DNA of 64,000 bases from Saccostrea echinata. Its lineage: Eukaryota. Below the pieces are notes generated by a model. That model ran no database searches, was not told the DNA's origin, and saw only the letters and a program-made list of their open reading frames with translations. Where the stretch lies: positions 4,402,001 to 4,466,000 of the forward strand of contig NW_026889753.1 in the NCBI RefSeq assembly GCF_033153115.1, in the 5' to 3' direction. This document shows positions 61,162-64,000 of the stretch, one piece after another (positions within the stretch are counted from its first letter, which is position 1; each line of letters opens with the position of its first letter). The position numbers and the translations under genes are program-made.

Positions 61162-63343
61162 CTACTGCTTCTTGCTTCTTCCTCTGCCTCTTCCCCTGCC
61201 TCTTCCTCTTCCTCTTCCCTGCTTTTTTCCCGATTCCTCCACTGATGACGTCTCTTCCTTACCTTTTTCTAATTCTTCTAATCTTCTTTTCACCGGCTTT
61301 CTTTTCTCTCTCAGGAAAATCCTGGATTTCAAATTTATTACAGTGTCTTTTGAGATTGCCAGTAAGTCTTCTCCACCTGTAGGAATCATGCTTGTCAGTT
61401 CCAAATGTTGTTGCTCTTTGACAGGCATTTGAGAAAACCCTGGGAGGAAACCCAAACCTGTGCCATGTGTTGCTTTGTATGGCGATGGCTGCACAACGTT
61501 TTGTTTAATTTTAGCTTTGTTTATTTTTTTTAGAATGGATTCTTCTCTTGTTTCAATCATCGAGTCCTTGAAATCAATAATGTTTTTGTTTTCTTTAAAG
61601 TTCCTAACGAAGTCTTCACTTCCTGAGAAATGCACCTCTGCACCTTTTTGGATAAGTGCAAAATACCTCACGTCTTGATTGTCGTTGGCAAACGCAGCCA
61701 TTTTCTCAAAAACTTTCAGTCCCCTACTCAATCTCTTTCTCTCCAAATCTTTCTTCCTTCTCTGCATGTCTGTGGGTGTCCCTGTTTTCTTTGTGACAAA
61801 TTTCCCACTTTCTTTGTCTCTTATTTTTTCTACAACAAAATTTGAATATCAGATGCTGCCAATAATGTCAATATTTAAACACACCCTTTACCAAAATAAT
61901 AAGCATCTTCTGAATTATTATCAGTTCACTGTTGATGATTTGTCATTTTTCTAGGAAAAATCATGTTAAGGACAAAAAAAATGAATCTACATGTATAATA
62001 AACTACTTATTTTGATAATTTAGATGTCAGACTTACTAGCTGCAGGAGTTGCAACAGTGAATGTCTCATCATCTTCTTCAGTTTGTTGTGGTTGTGGAAT
62101 ATTATCTAAATTTTTTAATTTAAAATACTCATATTAATTCATTTAGAATTGTGTAGCAAAACACAATAAAATAGGTGTCACAATGTTAAATTTATTTTTA
62201 TTGTTAATAAATAACCTTTTTTTTAAAGCAAACCAAGAATGAATAAATAATATACCAGTGCTCTGCATGGTAACAGTCAGCAAACTCTCTTCCTCACCAT
62301 CAAATGTTATATCTGGATCTAAAAAATAGGGAAAAAAACAAATAATACCTTAGATAAAACAAGGTTTTACAAGATACATTTGCTTGACATTTAAAACCGA
62401 CATATGATATAAAAAAGATTAATGATTTAAAATTATTTGAAAAAAAAAACTAACCAGGGGCTGAACACTTATGCAAATAGAGCTCTGTGCTTATGGTTGG
62501 AATCAAGGGTGCATCTGTGCTTATGGTTGGAATCAAGGGTGCATCTGTGCTTATGGTTGGAATCAAGGGTGCAGCTGTGCTTATGGTTGGAATCAAGGGT
62601 GCAGCTGTGCTTATGGTTGGAATCAAGGGTGCAGCTGTGCTTATGATTGGAATCAAGGGTGCATCTGTGCTTACGGTTGGAATCAAGGGTATACCTGAAG
62701 TATAAAGAGTTTAAATTAAATAGAAGAAAACATGCATATTTTTAAGGATGTCAAATAATAACAATTATTATGAAATACATAAGGATACCGTGATTAATTG
62801 CCGGGGCTTCATCATGCTCATTTTCCTCTGTGAGTGATTCTGTTAATATAAAATAAATTAAGATTTGTTTAAAGTAATATAAAAAATACAAAGCAATTAA
62901 AAGAAATTTACATTTTTTTTTACCAAACTGAAGAAAGATGTAAAACATGTATAAAGAAAAACAAAACAACATACCCATACTCTGCATGTTCCATGTTATA
63001 ACCGGTGACAGTCTATCTTCTTCATCAAGACCAGTACCAGATGCTAAAGGTAATTCTTGGAAGATAAGACAAATATTAAACCTTTTCTTGCTAATTGTAG
63101 ATTTTTCACAAAGATTTTGAAACATCTTAGATTTATATTACCTGTAAATATTTAAAGTATAGAATGTGAAATTGGAATTGAAAAGAATTTACATAATAAA
63201 ATTACCTTGCATATGACAAGATGATGATTCTTGTTGAGGAAAATGACCATCACCATGATCCCTCTCACCTCCAAGGATCAGATCTTGTAGCACTTGAAGA
63301 TTGTCATTCTGACTGGTTAGATCATACTCATCCAATAACTTGT
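61162..63343 (-). CDS. Multi-exon uncharacterised protein (transposon ORF2-like): acidic low-complexity exons, basic last exon ending in GR repeats; first exon(s) not seen
   Basis: GT-AG exons 63343-63206, 63055-62975, 62839-62789, 62694-62455, 62318-62256, 62105-62037 and 61829-61162 are all phase 1 and join into one open frame. Confidence 0.75.
62485..62690. repeat. 30-bp coding minisatellite, ~7 copies (APLIPTIST[D/A] on the minus strand)
   Basis: TGTGCTTATGGTTGGAATCAAGGGTGCA(T/G)C units inside exon 62694-62455. Confidence 0.93.
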
Positions 63344-63527
63344 CTATGAATAAGCAATAAGGTAATAAGTATATCTGAAAATTCAAATCTGTATAGTAAA
63401 ATATGTTACTTTTTTCCAAACTGAAAATATTGTTAAAGTTATTGAAACACCAAGGCAAGGAACTGTTAAATTAAATATACTACATTCTACACTGACTACA
63501 ATCTGAATATACCTGCTTTAAACAAAT

Positions 63528-64000
63528 CTAGTCCTGCTCCATGTCTGGTTCATTATGAAATGGAACATGCTCTTCGTTGATGGTTGGCAATTGTTGGGCT
63601 ACCGCCTGTGATACTTCTTCCAAAAATATTAAATGTTGCTCTTTTAAATTTGATTTAACTTTTATAAGTCTGTCAAATAGCTTCATAAAGTCTTTTTTAG
63701 AGTTTTCATGTAGCAGTTCAATGATATCCAATATTTTGTTGTCAATTTCTTGAACAGAGAGTGCCGAATCGGCTGAAAATTTGTCTCTTTCATCCACAGT
63801 GATGTACACCGGGTGATGCAAAGTTGGATCATTCGGGGGAGTTTGATGAAGTATCATATCCAATATTCTATAGGATCTCTTTCGATTTGCTTCTGACGTA
63901 AAATTCACCAGTTCCTGACATAACACATGTCCACTTAGGGATGTAAGTACTGGTCCATGGCAGTCCGATTCAATATACTTTGATTCCCTCAAATGACATC
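63528..64000 (-). CDS. C-terminal part of a long ORF entering from beyond the window; putative transposase or other transposon protein
   Basis: Open for at least 154 codons with globular, helical composition (ELVNFTSEANRKR..PVYITVDER); stop at 63528. No catalytic motif is visible, so the call rests on context. Confidence 0.5.
   Translation of the reverse strand, partial: CHLRESKYIESDCHGPVLTSLSGHVLCQELVNFTSEANRKRSYRILDMILHQTPPNDPTLHHPVYITVDERDKFSADSALSVQEIDNKILDIIELLHENSKKDFMKLFDRLIKVKSNLKEQHLIFLEEVSQAVAQQLPTINEEHVPFHNEPDMEQD

Larger units (their letters stand above)
59421..64000 (-). mobile_element. One end of a large, possibly autonomous DNA transposon (CACTA/EnSpm-like) inside DPP7 intron 6
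   Basis: Five subterminal palindromes GGATGG-N4/5-CCATCC at 59472-59618, then three closely packed coding units unrelated to DPP7. The exact terminus is uncertain (59394 CACTG or 59421 CCTG) and the other end is not in the window. Confidence 0.55.

Noticed and set aside
61172-61954. Plus-strand ORFs including an LPLPLP repeat
   Set aside because: Antisense shadows of the minus-strand exon ending in GRGRGR.
62437-62705. Three plus-strand repetitive ORFs
   Set aside because: Shadows of a 30-bp repeat with no stops; only the minus frame has splice sites in phase with neighbouring exons.

Overview
AT-rich eukaryotic genomic DNA with spliceosomal introns. It is most likely a bivalve (oyster-like), inferred from the satellite-carrying Helentron/HINE elements and TRIM-like genes. 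Host genes: (i) a tight head-to-head pair of RING/B-box/NHL-like TRIM genes at 1-2.9 kb, the minus-strand one broken by a frameshift and a stop; (ii) a 6-exon 1-acylglycerol-3-phosphate acyltransferase (AGPAT1/2-like, minus) head-to-head with a dipeptidyl peptidase 2 gene (DPP7, plus, six exons visible, runs off the window); (iii) an intronless orphan class A GPCR nested on the same strand in the 22.6-kb DPP7 intron 2. A near-identical 5.55-kb tandem duplication copies most of AGPAT, the shared promoter and DPP7 exon 1. The most striking element is a 672-bp non-coding LTR retroelement at 3555-4226. It has three ~140-bp TG..CA LTRs, two 125-bp internal domains with a tRNA-Lys PBS and a PPT, and a 4-bp TSD. 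Each LTR carries a tRNA-derived RNA polymerase III promoter, making it a tRNA analogue of Cassandra (Helenus/TRIMp3-type). The introns are packed with MITEs and HINEs, including a four-level nest. The last ~4.6 kb looks like one end of a large CACTA/EnSpm-type transposon carrying a stand-alone HIRAN gene, a multi-exon ORF2-like gene and the C-terminus of a putative transposase. All calls were made by eye; no database searches were run.
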